Shown here: piece after piece, positions 63,738 to 64,000 of the stretch
How positions within the stretch are numbered: position 1 is the first letter of the stretch
Layout of the letters: every line of letters starts with the position of its first letter
NCBI GenBank assembly: GCA_045596285.1
Contig: JAZOCA010000025.1
Span: forward strand, 30,613-94,612
DNA: 64,000 nucleotides
Origin: Christensenellaceae bacterium
Lineage (GTDB): Bacteria; Bacillota; Clostridia; Christensenellales; Borkfalkiaceae
Direction: 5' to 3'
Position numbers and translations under genes: made by a program
Notes under the pieces: generated by a model
The model's input: the letters and a program-made list of their open reading frames with translations, nothing else
The model's database searches: none
What the model was told of the DNA's origin: nothing

Positions 63738-64000
63738 CAAGGAATTGCATATGATCAAAACAGAATTTTGTATATCATCAAATCGCAGAAAATACAGCAT
63801 TCGGTTGATGCTATACGTCTTGCGGCAATGATACATCAAGTCTACGACTTTTTTGGCTGGGTGATGTCAAGGATTTGAATTCTTGCATTTTGCAAAGCAA
63901 TAACGCTATAAACTCATTCTTTGTGCTTTGCAAAAAGCTTCGGTCAGCCGCTAAAAACAGTGGGTTGCCACTGTTTTTTTACGCTCTTGTTCAAATCCCT

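Overview
This is a low-GC Firmicutes/Clostridia-type chromosomal segment from a spore former (spoIVA, a CotH-like lipoprotein). About 90% of genes are on the minus strand. GC content, counted by eye on sample lines, is about 38-42% in most genes, about 28-33% in two AT-rich islets and about 50% in one GC-rich islet. In order, the window holds: (1) the conserved ecfA1-ecfA2-ecfT-truA-rplM-rpsI block plus a GNAT gene. (2) Two tandem paralogous lipoproteins and spoIVA. (3) An AT-rich island of about 11 kb (10.1-21.2 kb) bracketed by two same-orientation arrays of a 41-bp noncoding tandem repeat. It encodes one tight minus-strand operon: a 2-TM membrane protein, a soluble type-IV-coupling-protein-like ATPase, two giant BspA/LRR_5 proteins, a SUKH/SMI1 immunity protein and an xHH-type HNH/EndoVII nuclease. 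This is my best candidate for an undescribed system. (4) A THI-box-like leader followed by thiT. (5) A glycan-utilisation operon of about 16 kb: GH35, GH43, a GH127-like enzyme, a CUT1 ABC transporter, CBM-rich surface proteins, an ADP-ribosylglycohydrolase-fold lipoprotein and a URO-D-like methyltransferase, with a divergent AraC regulator. (6) An isomerase/aldolase/kinase sugar operon with a PocR-AraC regulator. (7) A corrinoid methyltransferase system: a PocR-AraC regulator, an MtaA-like methyltransferase, a RamA/RACE activator, a DUF2284 protein and a corrinoid protein. (8) A GC-rich sulfur/persulfide module: Crp/Fnr, CoA-disulfide reductase-rhodanese, thioredoxin and two rhodaneses. (9) A SAM-dependent methyltransferase and rhaB-rhaD-rhaA. 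(10) An AT-rich cluster of orphan small genes, one interrupted by an in-frame TGA. Intergenic DNA carries a 27-bp dispersed motif (13 copies) and several longer mosaic repeat modules. I saw no rRNA, tRNA, CRISPR array, transposase or integrase. All homology calls come from motif recognition by eye; no searches were run.
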